This document shows, in pieces, positions 1 to 12,800 of a DNA stretch of 64,000 bases; position 1 is the first letter of the stretch; each line of letters begins with the position of its first letter. The position numbers were made by a program, and so were the translations under genes. The notes beneath the pieces were generated by a model. It had not been told where the DNA came from, ran no database searches, and saw nothing but the letters and a program-made list of their open reading frames with translations. The stretch is from Lama glama (taxonomy: Eukaryota), in assembly GCA_028534125.1 (NCBI GenBank), contig CM052816.1, positions 65,350,001 to 65,414,000 of the forward strand. The letters are read 5' to 3'.

Positions 1-7
1 CTGTTTA

Positions 8-39
<32 letters not shown>

Positions 40-75
40 CCTAATTATCCCCCCAAAAAAGACCAAAAAATAAAT
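1..75 (+). mobile_element. Probable 3' tail of a tRNA-derived camelid SINE (Vic-1-like); body would lie upstream of the window
   Basis: (TAA)n run at 9-38 followed by AAACCTAATTATCCCCCC and an A-rich tail; resembles the recalled camelid SINE tail AAACCTAATTACCTCCCC. The tRNA-like head is not in the window. Confidence 0.5.
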
Positions 76-1821
76 TACATAAGAAGAATATATGAATTTG
101 AATATAATTTAGACCTGACAATTTAGGTATCATTTATCTACCATGTTTCAAAATAAAATGTGATTTATAAAGCTTTAGTCAGAGCATTGTGGTAACATTT
201 CTTTTGGATTTGGCATTTAGCCGCTGGGTGTTGGGGGAGAACCCAGCTTCTCCTGGGCTCCACAAAAGCCCATAGCAACTGTCCTGAATTAACCACGGAA
301 AGAACCCTCAGTGGCACCTCTGCCTTTCAGTTAACAGGTTTTAGCTTAACTGGGATTTAATCCCCAGAGTCTTGATTGTACTTAGTGCCTTTAAATTACT
401 GTGGTTATTTGCACTACATAGAAGAATCATCAAAATATATTTATCATTTACAAATAATTTAAAGATAGTTCTTAAACAATAAGATCACCTTCTTATGGGT
501 AAATTCAGCTCGTTTTTCTGTTTTCTCTATTGGAGAATTCTATAAAAGAAAAATGTTTTGCACATAAATTGCTCCCTGAAGTTTTAAAGTCTACCTAGTT
601 TGGGCATTGAGCATTCACTACCTCCATTTTAAATATATCTTACAAATCACCCCCAGAAAGACAGGCAGAGAATACGAGGCTATCTTACAGAAAGTCACAG
701 CTCCCTGCCCTTTTCTGATAACAAAGTAGTTATTATTCCTTGCTGAGCTTCTCCCAGGGAGAGAGTGTGAGGTGACCTGGCATGGGACTTGTGAACTCCC
801 AGACAACTCAATGGCAGTGTTTGCTGCTGCACTGGGCACTGCAGCAGCCTGTCAGCATCCTGCTCGGCTCTGAGCAGGGTCCACTGGAGAACCTAGCAGG
901 AGTGAGGTCATGTATCAGCCTGTACCAGCAGGTCCTCCCTGAAGCCCCACATCTTTCCAGCCACACAAAGGAACAAGCCTGGCAGAGTGTGGCTGTAATC
1001 ATTATCCAAAGGGCACGCTCTGTGAGCATCTAAGGGGGAAAGGTACTGCCAATCTGTTGGGTTTGTTATTCCCATTGAGCTACGCAGGAAATAACAACCC
1101 CAGAAATAACACATTCAAACCCAGAGGGCAGTCTGCTGTCAGCATTCAGAGACTCACGTCACATGTTCTGTACATCTGCCCAGCGGTTTATGAAGCATGT
1201 TGAAATACCCCTTTGCATTCCAATTAATTGTCGGCCAGCATTGAATAATCACTGGTGAGAAGGTAGAAAGGCAAGTAAAATATGAAGTGGAGCGCTTTTA
1301 TTTTTAGAAAGGTACTACTTGAAAGTGTTGATTGATCAGACAGGTGTTTTTTAAAAAGCATTTGTCAGTATCAGATTCGTAGGAAATCTCTTTCACATGC
1401 AGGTTACAGCCAAAGAAGAAAAGAGTATATATAGCCTACACATTTTACAATTTCAATTGCAGAAAGTCGTATTTTTGGACTCGTGTGGGCATTTGAAAAT
1501 ATTAAAGATGCTACCAGGTCTGATGAAAGTTTTTAATGCTGTAAGGTTTCAGACTCCCAGTGAACCATCATTTAGCATCTTCGCTGTCCCTGGGCTTCAT
1601 CTGGGACATCTGAGGAGAGTTTGTGTGCACATCCCACCGCAGCCCACGGCTGCCCTACTGGAACCACAAGGTTGTTGAACAAAAATCAAATCCTTTTCTG
1701 AAGAGCCTCCAAGAGGAGGATATTTCCGTTCATTTCAGCTCCCTGCCAGCTCAAAAGAATTCTCCTGCACTGTGTGCTCTTCCCATGAATACTTCCCGCG
1801 GAGCACCACTCAGTGACTCAC

Positions 1822-1937
1822 CGTTCCAGGGAGCCCGTCGGGGCTTTTCAGCTGCATCATCCCTTCCATCTCTGAAGTTCTCTTGGATTTCATCAATGGC
1901 ACAGAGGGATATTTTTAAAACAATGTATTTTTCAGGA
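1822..1937 (-). other. Candidate exon, minus strand (possible ATG at 1893: MKSKRTSEMEGMMQLKSPDGLPGT)
   Basis: Donor ACG|GTGAGT (intron starts 1821); possible acceptor TGCCTTTTGTCAG before 1937; unique, relatively CpG-retaining sequence; 72-nt open frame from the ATG to the donor. No protein recognised. Confidence 0.3.
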
Positions 1938-2717
1938 CTGACAAAAGGCATCCTCTAGTTACAATACCGACTCTATCTCAAACATAAGTTATGTTGGGGG
2001 AAGAAAAGATCCTCAGCTAAAAATTTTGGTACTTAGAGAACAAAAATTACCTAACATTTGTAATAGTTTCCATCAGAGCTCTGGTCAGTGGACAGAAATC
2101 AGTACCCAAATAACATGCGTACTTAAATTCAGATAAATGATGGGGAATGAGCGACTATGCAAAAGTAACCTCATGCCTACAACAAAAAATTAGTCCAGTG
2201 GTGGTTTTGGTGAACTGATGGCCTTGATAGAAGCAACTGTTTATTCTCATCAAACTGAAGCCAAAGATTAATGAGACTCCTCAGTTCAAAGTTGTATTTA
2301 GTGGTATTTTGAGTTGTGATTTATAAAACTTAAAGCCTATGGGAATATTTTCTATACTGAATACATTGAAAATTTATGTAAAATATTGTTCTAGGCCTAA
2401 ATTAGAAAAAACCAAGACATTAGTAAAACAAAATGATATAGGATTATTCATATGTACAAATGACAGGCCAGCATTTTATCCGACTTGGATAAAAGAAAAT
2501 ATACTTCTGGGATTATTTTTCTAAACTCCAGCCATTTGTGAGCACCTGACCAAACAGTAGCATCTCATGGAATTTAATAGTAGAAATACGAGTTTGGAGT
2601 ATGTCTGACACCATTCTAGCAGAAAAATTAAAAAATTAAAACAGAGAGTAGATTTTCAAAATGGGTAATATAACACTTAAAAATTATTGAATTGGGAGCA
2701 AGATGATAATCTACAGC

Positions 2718-2800
2718 CACAGTGGTTCTTAACCATGCTCAGGTCACAGACCCTTTTGAGAACTTGAGAAGAATTTAAGCTCTCTCTCCCCTAGGAAAAT
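2718..2800 (+). mobile_element. hAT-Charlie DNA transposon fragment (MER103-like)
   Basis: CAGTGGTTCTTAACC...GGTCACAGACCCTTTTGAGAA matches the recalled MER103 terminus. Confidence 0.5.
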
Positions 2801-3014
2801 AAAAAGACTTAAAATTTTTTCTTGTGTAATTAAAACGGTGATTTGGAAGTTGATTTTAGTGTAGAAAAGCATGGTAGCCTAATAACAGAAATACCAGATT
2901 TATCTAAAATGACTAGTTCATAATTGTCCCTTGCCCTCTTCCACCTAACAACACAGAGGCTATAAAATAGTGTATCGTTTGACCTTTTATTTGTTTTTAC
3001 CCTGTAAGTTCCTT

Positions 3015-3275
3015 ATGTTACAGCTAAGGAAACTGAGACAAAGACTAAGAAACTTCCAGGGTATTAAACCTAAGGTGGGATGCAAATCCAGGCAGCTGAC
3101 CCTAGAGTGCATGTCCCTGACTACAGGACGTACTGTGGCTAAGAGTGCTCACATTTGTGCTCATGACTAACCCCATGAGATCAGTCTTAATAGCATCCCC
3201 ATTTTACAGATGTGGTGACTGGTACAGAGAGATCAAATGATTTGTTCAAGGTGACAGCCAGGATCCCAACTCAGC
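3015..3275 (-). mobile_element. MIR SINE fragments (two)
   Basis: Core motifs TTACAGCTAAGGAAACTGAGAC and CCCATTTTACAGATGTGGTGACTGGTACAGAGAG...TTGTTCAAGGTGACA. Confidence 0.65.
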
Positions 3276-3982
3276 CAATCTGGCTGCAGGGGCAGGAGCT
3301 AAACCAAAAACACTGTATTACACATGTATACACACACACACACACACCACACACATGAATGCAAATTATACATGTGATACATATGATAGCAGTCAGGGTA
3401 AACTGGGGATGCTCAGAACTAGTCAGATTATGCATGACTTTTTCCTTCGTTTTTTTCCTAAGCTTCAAAATGATTATGTTTTAAGCCAGGATTACTTGCC
3501 CATAAACATTTTTTAAACATTTTTAATGTTATTCAAATTTAATAAACCTGTTGATAGCTTAAGAGATGTTAGCTGGTCAAAACTGGTAACCTGATCGAAT
3601 AGACTCTGAAGTAAAGCCACAAGACAGAAGTGGTTTTGATGGCCTGAAGATGTAAAGTCTTGGGAGCGTCCTGGGTGACAACTCATGACCAGGTGGGACC
3701 GCATTAAGGGAGGTGGGGTCAGCTGCTCATAGTGTTGAGTGGTCCTCTGGGCGGTGAGAAGAGTGGCCATAAACACTGGGCTGCCCACATACCAGGAAGC
3801 TCTAAGTAAACACTTAAGATGAGCTGGGACAGAAACTCGATGTTTGGATTATGTCACAGTTCTGCCTAAGGCTGACTCTAGTCCTCTGTCAGCTGTTCTG
3901 TTCTTCTAAGCCCCCCAGATGGCAGGAAAACATCCCTGATTTCACAACACTCCAACAGAACTTTTAAAAATGCAGATTTAGA

Positions 3983-4196
3983 TTTGTAAATATTAACTAC
4001 TATATATAAAATAGATGAACAAGTTTCTTCTGTATAGCATAGGGAACTATATTCAGTATCTTGTAGTAACCTACAATGAAAAAGCATATGAAAATGAATA
4101 TATGTATGTATGTGTATATATATATGGCTGAAGCATTATGCTGTACAGGAACTGACATTGTAAACTGACTATACTTCAATTAAAAATACTAATGAT
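3983..4196 (+). mobile_element. 5'-truncated young L1 3' end with TSD
   Basis: L1 3'UTR motifs CTGTATAGCATAGGGAACTATATTCA and TGTAAACTGACTATACTTCAATTAAAAA; TSD AAAATGCA(G/A)ATTTAGA at 3967-3982 and 4197-4212 (15/16 match). Confidence 0.9.
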
Positions 4197-6601
4197 AAAA
4201 TGCAAATTTAGAGTGCAGCATCCTCAGTTTTCCATCCCTAAGTTTAAGAATGAACATTTTTAACAAGGATCTTCCCCAGGGAACCACTATGCCAAGAACA
4301 ACCCTTTGTATTGTGTCTTCACAGGGTGAGGTTAGTGCCCAGCATGATGCCAGAGAGCTGAGATAAGGAAGAATGTTAACCATAAAATAAGGAGGCAGAT
4401 TGTTCTAAAAAATGGGATGTGTAGCTCCTCCTTCCTCGTTTTTCCTTTGAGCAACTGAAGAGCCACTCAAATTGAGTACTTCCCCACTGGTTTGAATGGT
4501 TGCTTGATTTAATTTAGTGAATTGAACTGAAAGATTGAGGGTTGGGGGAGATTCAGTAATCTGAGTGAGAAATAGACATCTGCTTACCGCTTCAGCATTT
4601 TTATCTATTAACTGGTTAACAAACTGGTTTGGAAACCCTTCCAGCTAAGGCTACTTTAGGCTTTGTTTAAAGAAAAAAAAAAAAGGATAACTCCGTAAAA
4701 CATGCTGGGCTTTAAAAATGAACTGGGCTTCTTGAGTCCCAAATTTCCACTAAAAATGTTGCTAAATTAAATTCTGTACTTTAAAAGTGATTCATTGGAA
4801 TGCTCGGTTCAGCAATTAGCACAGATGTTGTCACTAAATTAGTTATTAATGATGACTACAATAGTAACTATCAACTTCAATAAGTAAAATAATTGGTCGT
4901 CATTACATAACATATTTAGTAAAAAATACTACTCAGTGTGATGTGTGTATGTGGAACCAGATGAAGATTGCCTACATCGTCATAGAATTTCTCGGTTAAG
5001 ATCAAAGTGCTGTAAATTAAATCTCATTGCATTGTTTGCGTGAAGACAAATCAATAACAAGGGAGTTATTCCAGTGTCCCGAGTTTTCAGCCTTTTGCAC
5101 CCATCTACCTCCCAACAGCCCTCTCCATGGGCCCCAGGTTCATCCTCAGTGGTGCATCCTTTGCACAAGCTATCCATTCTCACAGTGAAAAATCACCACA
5201 GCCTTCATTATTTTTTTGGAAAGGGTGACGCATTATCTCCAAATCACTGGGAACGTCACAGCCCCTCTTACTCTAGGTCCCTGTCTCTAACATCTCATTG
5301 ATTTCTCCTGTACTCTTCTTACCTGCGTTATGTCACGTTGGAACAACCTGTGACTCAGTGGACTCCGGTTCAACCTACCAAATATCTCATCCTTCCACAA
5401 GGCTATTGAGCTCAGGATTCTGGGGCCTTTTCCAACTACAAGATCTACATGCCCATCCTTAGAAATAGTCATCACACTTTTAGAGTGCCAACTTGTAAAC
5501 CTGACCAGGCCAGAAACTGAATCCCTGCTGAAGTCTTCTAGGAACCCAGACCCAACCTGATAAGCTCTTACATCCACACTCAGTACCTCATCCTCCTTGA
5601 TCCCCTTGGGCTCCAAGTACTGTCTCCACTAGTGCCTCACTTGTGTGGAATTTCACCAATGTACTGCTAATCACACGATTTTATCCAGGAGTGGGAACAC
5701 GAATTCACATTCTTTTAGCACACACTAAATTAGTCAGTTTCAGTTCATGTTTAGGAAATTAGGTTAAAATTTACCAGGTTATTTATCATCCTGTTCTTAA
5801 AAAAATTCATTAGACATACTTCTGAAAAATCAGAGAATAATCTTTCCTTATAAAGACAAATGACACTCTTAGTACTTTTTTTTTTGAGAGTTGCTAAAGC
5901 AAGAACACCTGCTGTCTTATGAACTGCTTGGAATTACTTTTGAACCCCTCTCAACAGAGATTTTTGTCTGAAGCCTTGTCAGACAGGAGGGGATGGAGAT
6001 GGTAGAAAAAATGTGAATTGATGCAATGCGTCCATTAGAAATTGCCTCCTTTTTATTCCTGCCCTGTCTGCTTTGACATTACACAAAAAACTGTCCTTTA
6101 GGAAGCAGGAAAAGGAAAGCTGAGAAAATGAGAGACAACTCTCATGTCTTTATAAAAAGTATCTGGGTGGCAGTTACTGGCAAATAGGTTCTTGTTCGTT
6201 ATGTATTTGCTGGAAATTTTGCCTGAATTGGTTTTCCCAGGAAATGAAAGATGTGTACTTCTTACTTATTTGGGAAAGACCAGCACTCATTAAAGATTAT
6301 AATGGCTATTAATGCTTTCAGTTGCCTTCACAGGGAATAACACTAGTGAAACTGTAACAATTATTGCTTACCATCAAAACATAAATTCCAATATTGCTTT
6401 AGTACTGGTACAACATTTGTTCTGCCTCCATTCGATATCAACTAGCCTATAGTAGCCCCTCAGTGAGACCCTTGTAAAATAAAAATGATGCTTCTCATTG
6501 TTTCACCTCAGTATGTAGCAAAGAGCTGTGAAGTGCACCTGAGACTGATATCCAGAGAGAAACTATTTTTGTTAGATTCCCCCATGAAGGCACCAAGAAA
6601 G

Positions 6602-7006
6602 TATATCAGTTAGCTGTTACAGTGGCTAAAAGAGCAATTGTTTATTATTTCTAATAAGTCTGAGGGTCACCTGGGATTCAGTTGATCTATTTTGAATGTG
6701 TGGATAGTTCTGTGAGTGTCAGCTAGACTGAACATTGATGTATTCCACCAACCTCTCATCTTCCTCCTGGGACCATGGGCTTGTCTGAGAGAGTTCTCCT
6801 CAAGGAGATGGAAAAGATAGAAGCATACAAGCCCAATACACAAGCATTCCTTCAAACCTCTTTCTTTGCATTTGCTGACATTCCAATGGATGAGGGCAAA
6901 GTCGAGGAGTGGGGCAGGTTTCCCTGAGAGGGCTCTGCAAAGTTACATGGCAAAGAATGTGGATACAAAGAGTGAGGAATTGGGGCCAAGTGACGCATAC
7001 TTCCAC
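6602..7006 (-). mobile_element. MaLR LTR (MLT1 H/I/J-like)
   Basis: Starts TATATCAGTTAGC, contains CTGCAAAGTTACATGGCAAAGAATGTGGATAC and GAGTGAGGAATTGGGGCCAA, ends TTCCACA; typical reverse-oriented MLT1 LTR. Confidence 0.65.
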
Positions 7007-7271
7007 AGAGAGTTGGGGCAGAGGGAATTCTAGGCTTTCTTGTCCCTTTGTTTCAAATAACTAACGAAGTTGAGTTCAACTATAAGGGCCTCAAGAAGGA
7101 AAGCCAAGGTCAGTCTTAGCAGCTTCACAACTGTGTAAGAAGAGCATTCACCTCTTAGGTACCATCTATCTATGAAATGTACCTATTTTGTATCATGAGC
7201 CAAAGTAAAACTCAGAACCAATGAGACATTCATCTTGGTATAGAAAGAGTTCCAAATAGAAACCAACTCAC

Positions 7272-7360
7272 CTTCCTTCCTTCCATCCTTACATCTTTCC
7301 TTCCTTCCTTCCTTCCATTCTTCCTTCCTTCCTTCCTCTCTTTCTTCATGCCTTCCTTCT
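7272..7360. repeat. (CCTT)n imperfect polypyrimidine microsatellite
   Basis: Direct reading: ccttccttccttccatcc...ccttccttcctt. Confidence 0.9.
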
Positions 7361-7500
7361 TCTGTCTTTCTTAAATTCTGATCTTTTGGGTATCTAGTTA
7401 ATGAGGTCTCATTTGATGCTTTTAGATCTTTCCCAGTCTTGTCCCTTAGCATAAGTTTTAGGAGTCTTAGAAAGAGAGTCTGGCTGATAGATTCACTTAC

Positions 7501-7545
7501 TGGTGCATCAGACCCATTGAGAAACATCTTCAAGAGTTCCATCTT
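7501..7545 (-). other. Candidate 45-nt exon, minus strand (KMELLKMFLNGSDAP)
   Basis: Perfect branch-point TACTAAC (7574-7568), CAG acceptor ending at 7546, donor CCA|GTAAGT (7500-7495); open in phase 0. Weak polypyrimidine tract; alternative acceptor would start the exon at 7562. Confidence 0.3.
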
Positions 7546-9517
7546 CTGTGGTATCACTAGTTCTAAAGTTAGTAGTCAATAGTTTACAAAAATAAATATT
7601 GATTCAGAAATGGACTTACTCATCAGGGAAATAAACCTGGCAGCTTTTAGTCATAATTTATTTATAAACTCTCCCATGTTATATTCAGAGGTGAAGTTTG
7701 AATTGAAGAAAAGTTCAAGTATTCTTTTTCATATATTTTGAAAATATAGCAGCCTTTGATGTATTTTGGGAGCTAGACTCATCTTTAAAAGCAGAATAAA
7801 GAATGACTTCTCTGTAGTTAGAAAGGCCCCAGGAAATAACCGCCCAAAAATGGTTAGAGACCAATGTGATTTCCCAGAAAGCATAACAGCAATAACAACA
7901 GATTATTGTTCTTTGTACCAGAAAGGATAGGAGTGTTCCTTGCTCTCGGCAAATGCATGATGTGTAAATCCAGATTGGCCAAGGGCATGAAGCCAGATAC
8001 GGGTCTATATCCTCTGCAGTCATTCCGAAGGCAGTCCAGTTTCTGTTGGCTCTCCGCTAATCACTGACTTTGCACCCTTGCTGGGCATTTCTTGGTTCAG
8101 AGTTCTGGAATAAGATTTCGAATCTGACAGGGGACAAAGAGATTGTCTGGACAACCAGGTCTCTTGGATGTAATAGGAAGAATGCTGAACTTTATTGCAC
8201 CATTTCATGCCTCTTATTTCTGATTCTGATGCCAAGGAGCTATTATATAAAATGCCTTTTACCAACTGGGTGGATTGTAGAAAAAAGAAATCTTATTAAG
8301 AAAATAAACTTATTTTCTTTGAAACCTACTCTTTTGGAAGAATATCTTTGAAAGAGGACTAAGCACTCACGATTTCTAACAGAAGTGCAATTCCAGTATG
8401 AGGAAATGAACATTTTGAGACTTCCTGTTGACTCTCTCTGTATTGAAATATATTTCTAGGAAGATACCTGCTTCTGCATTTTTCCCCATGATTTACTTCA
8501 GTTGAAATTTCAGCCAGATCCATTATTTTTCTACTTTGGCACATTATGCAAATTATCTGCAAAATTCAGTGACAAGAGGGAAAGGTCTCAGTGTATTCCA
8601 CAGGTGCCACAGCAGTATTAGGGTGAGGTAATTGCAAAGTCCCTTGCAGCACCTATGACTATGTATTCTCCACTATTCAGAGGAAAATCTTTTATGTACT
8701 CATCACTACAAGATTTATTCTTCCATTGATGCGTGGGAAATTGATGCACTTAGCTGTCCTCATTGATGGGAGAAACATGCTCCTACAGAAATACACTTTT
8801 TTACATTAATGTGACACTTAATCCTGACTTTATTCTTCCTCCACCAAAATGATCTCTTGTAGACAGTCTTCTCTTCATCTGTATTATGAGTATGAACATC
8901 AGAATGGCTCTGTAGACTGGAAGAGCAAAGATGTGTCTGCGTGCAGAATGCCAATGCCAAAAGAAAAATAGCATTTGTTGTTTTCTACTTTTGATAAATA
9001 AAAGCAATAGCAAAGTCATTGTCAAGAAGAGGGGGTGAATTAAACCTTTAAGTATTTTTTCAGCTAAAAAAATGCTGTAATTCTCACTTATTCCTAGGAA
9101 ATAGTAGTACTGAACTGAAATTATGAGCTCTGTTCAATCAAGTTCCCTCACTAGATTGCAGTCTCATTTTGGGGGGATAATTCCCATTTGATCCTTTAGT
9201 CCTAAGCTATAATATGTCCTACAGTTGTCATGTTTTAGTGAACCATCCAGAAAAAAAAGTCTAAATCATACATAACTCTTGTCTAATCCAAGGGCAGTAG
9301 CTTAGACTCCTTAACTCGTAGTTTAAAATAATTGCTTTCATCAAGGTCAAATTAAATCTTTTGCAGATACCATAATTACACAAATCAAAAAATACATTTG
9401 TGTGAAGCAAATGACCTTCTAAACTTGCTATTGAAAGATCTTAGTTTCCTGCTGAATGGTGATAATTTCTTCTTCCTGTCTCCTAAGAATACATTGAGAA
9501 TGAAAGATTATAGGAAT

Positions 9518-9971
9518 AGAATGTTCTCATTTCAAAGACCTCCACAATAGGCATTGATCCTAGCAATAACTGCAGATGTTCCTTATTTAAAGAATGGATA
9601 GATGATAAAATATAATTGAAGTATTTTAGCACTCCTATTTTTTTCTGTGGAATATAATTCTCTGGTCTCCTGTAAAAATTAATTTCAGTAATGGNNNNNN
9701 NNNNNNNNNNNNNNNNNNNNNNNNNNNNNNNNNNNNNNNNNNNNNNNNNNNNNNNNNNNNNNNNNNNNNNNNNNNNNNNNNNNNNNNNNNNNNNAGAATG
9801 TTCTCATTTCAAAGACCTCCACAATAGGCATTGATCCTAGCAATAACTGCAGATGTTCCATATTTAAAGAATGGATAGATGATAAAATATAATTGAAGTA
9901 TTTTAGCACTCCTATTTTTTTCTGTGGAATATAATTCTCTGGTCTCCTGTAAAAATTAATTTCAGTAATGG
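9518..9971. other. Assembly gap (100 N, 9695-9794) flanked by a 177-bp direct duplicate
   Basis: 9518-9694 matches 9795-9971 except T9583 vs A9860. Confidence 0.95.
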
Positions 9972-10284
9972 GACTTTCACAAGTTCCCTCAGAAAGTATG
10001 CTTGGAACTTTTTCCGTGGTATCTATGCTGGGGCTTTTTTCATCTAAATTTCTTTTCATCACTCATTTTGACTTTCAGATTTTGACAGCATTTGTTACTA
10101 TATTTATTCTTGTGAATAAAGATGGGGCTTGAGAAAACTGACTGTTTCAGGTGGGAACCTGTTGGAAGGACAGGCATACACGTGTGCTGATAGTGGCTGA
10201 GGAAGCATTGGGAAAGTGGAAGGAAGCAGGTGCCTGAAGACCTCAATATATACCAAGTTCCAATATTTAATTGTTATCGTTGTC

Positions 10285-10425
10285 TGTACTACTCAAAGTA
10301 TGATCCACAGACCATCAGCAACACCTAGAAACCTCAGGTCTCTCCTAGACTTTCTGAGTAAGAGTCTGTCCTTTAACAGCACTCCCAGCAACTCATGCAC
10401 GAATCCGCATTTGTCAGGCACTGGC
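10285..10425. mobile_element. MER5-type hAT-Charlie MITE
   Basis: CTACTCAAAGTATGATCCACAGACCA...TTTAACAGCACTCCCAG...GGCACTGG. Confidence 0.55.
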
Positions 10426-10799
10426 CTCTGTACACTCCAGCACCCTGATCTTCCTAGGTTCCTCTTATCTCATCTTTGAATTAGAATAATTTCTAATTCA
10501 CAAGTCCATTTTGAGGATTAGAAAGGTGAGTATGTAAAAGTGCTGTTTGTTCCCTCACATACGTGGTAGCTCCCCTTACCCCCGTACCACTCACACACAT
10601 ACACAGATTCATGAAGTCAGCAAGAGAGAGTGAGTGGGGAGAGAGGGTGAATGAAAGAGGTTGAGGAAAATTTTACTACCTGGGATTATAGTTGGCATTT
10701 TAAAATCTGTCTTCATTATCTATGAGGACTGTATTATGTAACATATTTGCTTTTTAAAAAATATTGCTGAGACAAAAGTTAGATTCTAATATCATGGAT

Positions 10800-11830
10800 T
10801 ACTAAGGTTCAGATATTAAGTTTTAGAGAACTAACTAGAAAGAAAACCCATGAAAATCCAGAAAAAAATATCTTGAATACTTACATAATCCTGATTGTTT
10901 GAGGTAACCCCCTCCAAGCACAACTTCAAAGGCAGAAATCACTAAAGGAAAATATTAAACTAACTACATATATGTTTTAAAATTTAATTTACTGAAAAGA
11001 GGGTAAAGATGACTGAAAAGAAAATCACAAATTGAAAAAAAAATTTTGCATAGACAAAGGATTGATACCTTTAATATATAAACAGCTCTTACAAGAGAAC
11101 AAAAGGATAAACATAGCAATTTTAAATGAGTACAAGACATTAATAGGTTGACATTCACTAATAAAAAAGTGTGAAATAAATGTGAAAAAATTTACTTCAC
11201 TACACACAAAAGAAAAGTAAATGAAAACAACCAAGGTACCATTTTCCCTACCAGACTGCTGTAAAAATGGTAAAGTGCTCATACCCCGTGTTGTCACAGT
11301 GGAGGAAAAGGGGAGATCGGTCCCCTTTTCATTGTTGGTCAGCATATAAATAGCTACAATATTTATTGAAATGTTTTATTATATCTATCAAATATTTAAA
11401 TTTATTTATAAATTTTTCACCCAATAATTATACTTTTGGGAACTTGCCCTAAAGAATTAATCTAAATTTCAAATGATCTATGTTCAAAATTTTTTCAAAG
11501 AGAACGACCTAAATCCACCAGAATGACAACTCTTCATAAAAACACAAATAATGTCCAGATAATTAAATACTATTTACCTACTAAATCATGTTGTAAGATA
11601 ATATTTTTATTGGAACATATTTTCAATATTTTGCTAACCAAAAAAGAACAATATAAACACAATCCACATAATATACTATTTTTGTAAATGCACAGACATA
11701 TAACATGTATGTTTTTAAAGATTGAAAGATAGGACACTAAAAGTAAATATTAATTCCTAAAGGGTTATTTTCTCCCAGGTTTTTGCCTGTTTCTGCCTTA
11801 CTTTCTAGATTTTTAGTATTGAGCATACTC
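10800..11830 (+). mobile_element. Ancient degraded L1 (L1M/L1ME) ORF2 3' part and 3'UTR
   Basis: A-rich sense strand with motifs ATAGACAAAGGATTGATACCTTTAATATATAAACAGCTCTTACAA, ACAACCAAGGTACCATTTTC and CCCAATAATTATACTTTTGGGAA. Confidence 0.7.
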
Positions 11831-11863
11831 TTGTAGTTTAAAAATTATTAAGAGAAGCAATTA

Positions 11864-11971
11864 AGAATACGAAAAGAAATACGTGTGTATATGTGTGACT
11901 AAAACATTATGCTGTGCACCAGAAATTCACACAACGTTGTAAACTGACTATACTTCAATTAAAAAAGTAAA
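11864..11971 (+). mobile_element. Very short young L1 3' end with TSD
   Basis: CATTATGCTGTGCACCAGAAATT...TGTAAACTGACTATACTTCAATTAAAAAA; TSD AAGAGAAGC(A/C)ATTA at 11850-11863 and 11972-11985. Confidence 0.88.
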
Positions 11972-12588
11972 AAGAGAAGCCATTAGATATAGCTTAAATA
12001 TAATTTTAATAGCACAGGGAAATTATTTTATTCTTGCTAGTTAAATATAGGTGAAAAATACAATATTTTACTGGCAAGGATATTTCAATTTTTACAACAT
12101 ATATATAAAAAGCTGTTAAAAATGTTTAGTTCTAAAAACAGGGGTTATGAATTTTATATTCTTTACTGTTTCAAATTATTTATAGAATTTATGATTTTTA
12201 TAACAAAAAACAAATTACTTTTAAGACTCCCTTCTAAGCTAATTTTCATTCCCAAATTGTGTATTTGATATGGCTTTAACATTTCCAGTCTAACTATTTT
12301 CCAAACATTAAATTTGTCTTGAAATTGTGAAAAAAAATAGGAATGAGTTGAAGTTACACTCCTGTGTGGCATTTAAATGCCTCATTCCAGATAATAGTCC
12401 CTGTGAACCTTCTGGTTCAAAGAAGTCCTTTGTATTATAATTTCCACTGTGTCTAAGAAGCAGGTGTTTCTACTTTGTCATCTTTTGGTCCAGAAGGATT
12501 TTTACTCTATCTTGCTGTACTTTTTTTGTACAAGGCATGTTAAGAGAGCATTAAAGATAATGCAAGGTGTTAAGAAGAAGAGCCAGGG

Positions 12589-12800
12589 ATATGTAGAATA
12601 GATAAACAAGATTATACTGTATAGCACAGGGAAATATATACAAGATCTTGTGGTAGCTCACAGTGAAAAAAAAATGTGACAGTGAATATACGTATGTTCA
12701 TGTATGACTGAAAAATTGTGCTCTACACTGGAATTTGACACAGCATTGTAAAATGACTATAACTCAATAAAAAAAATGTTTAAAAAAGAGAGAGAGAGAG
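12589..12800 (+). mobile_element. 5'-truncated young L1 3' end (camelid-type subfamily) with perfect TSD and tail-derived (GA)n
   Basis: ACTGTATAGCACAGGGAAATATATACAAGATCTTG...TGACTATAACTCAATAAAAAAA; perfect 13-bp TSD AGAAGAGCCAGGG at 12576-12588 and 12801-12813. Confidence 0.92.

Noticed and set aside
7183..7557. 124-aa ORF with EGRK repeats
   Set aside because: The repeat part is the (GGAA)n microsatellite; only the small splice-bounded segment is kept as a candidate exon.
9685..10062. 125-aa ORF, the longest in the track
   Set aside because: It runs through the 100-N gap; artefact.
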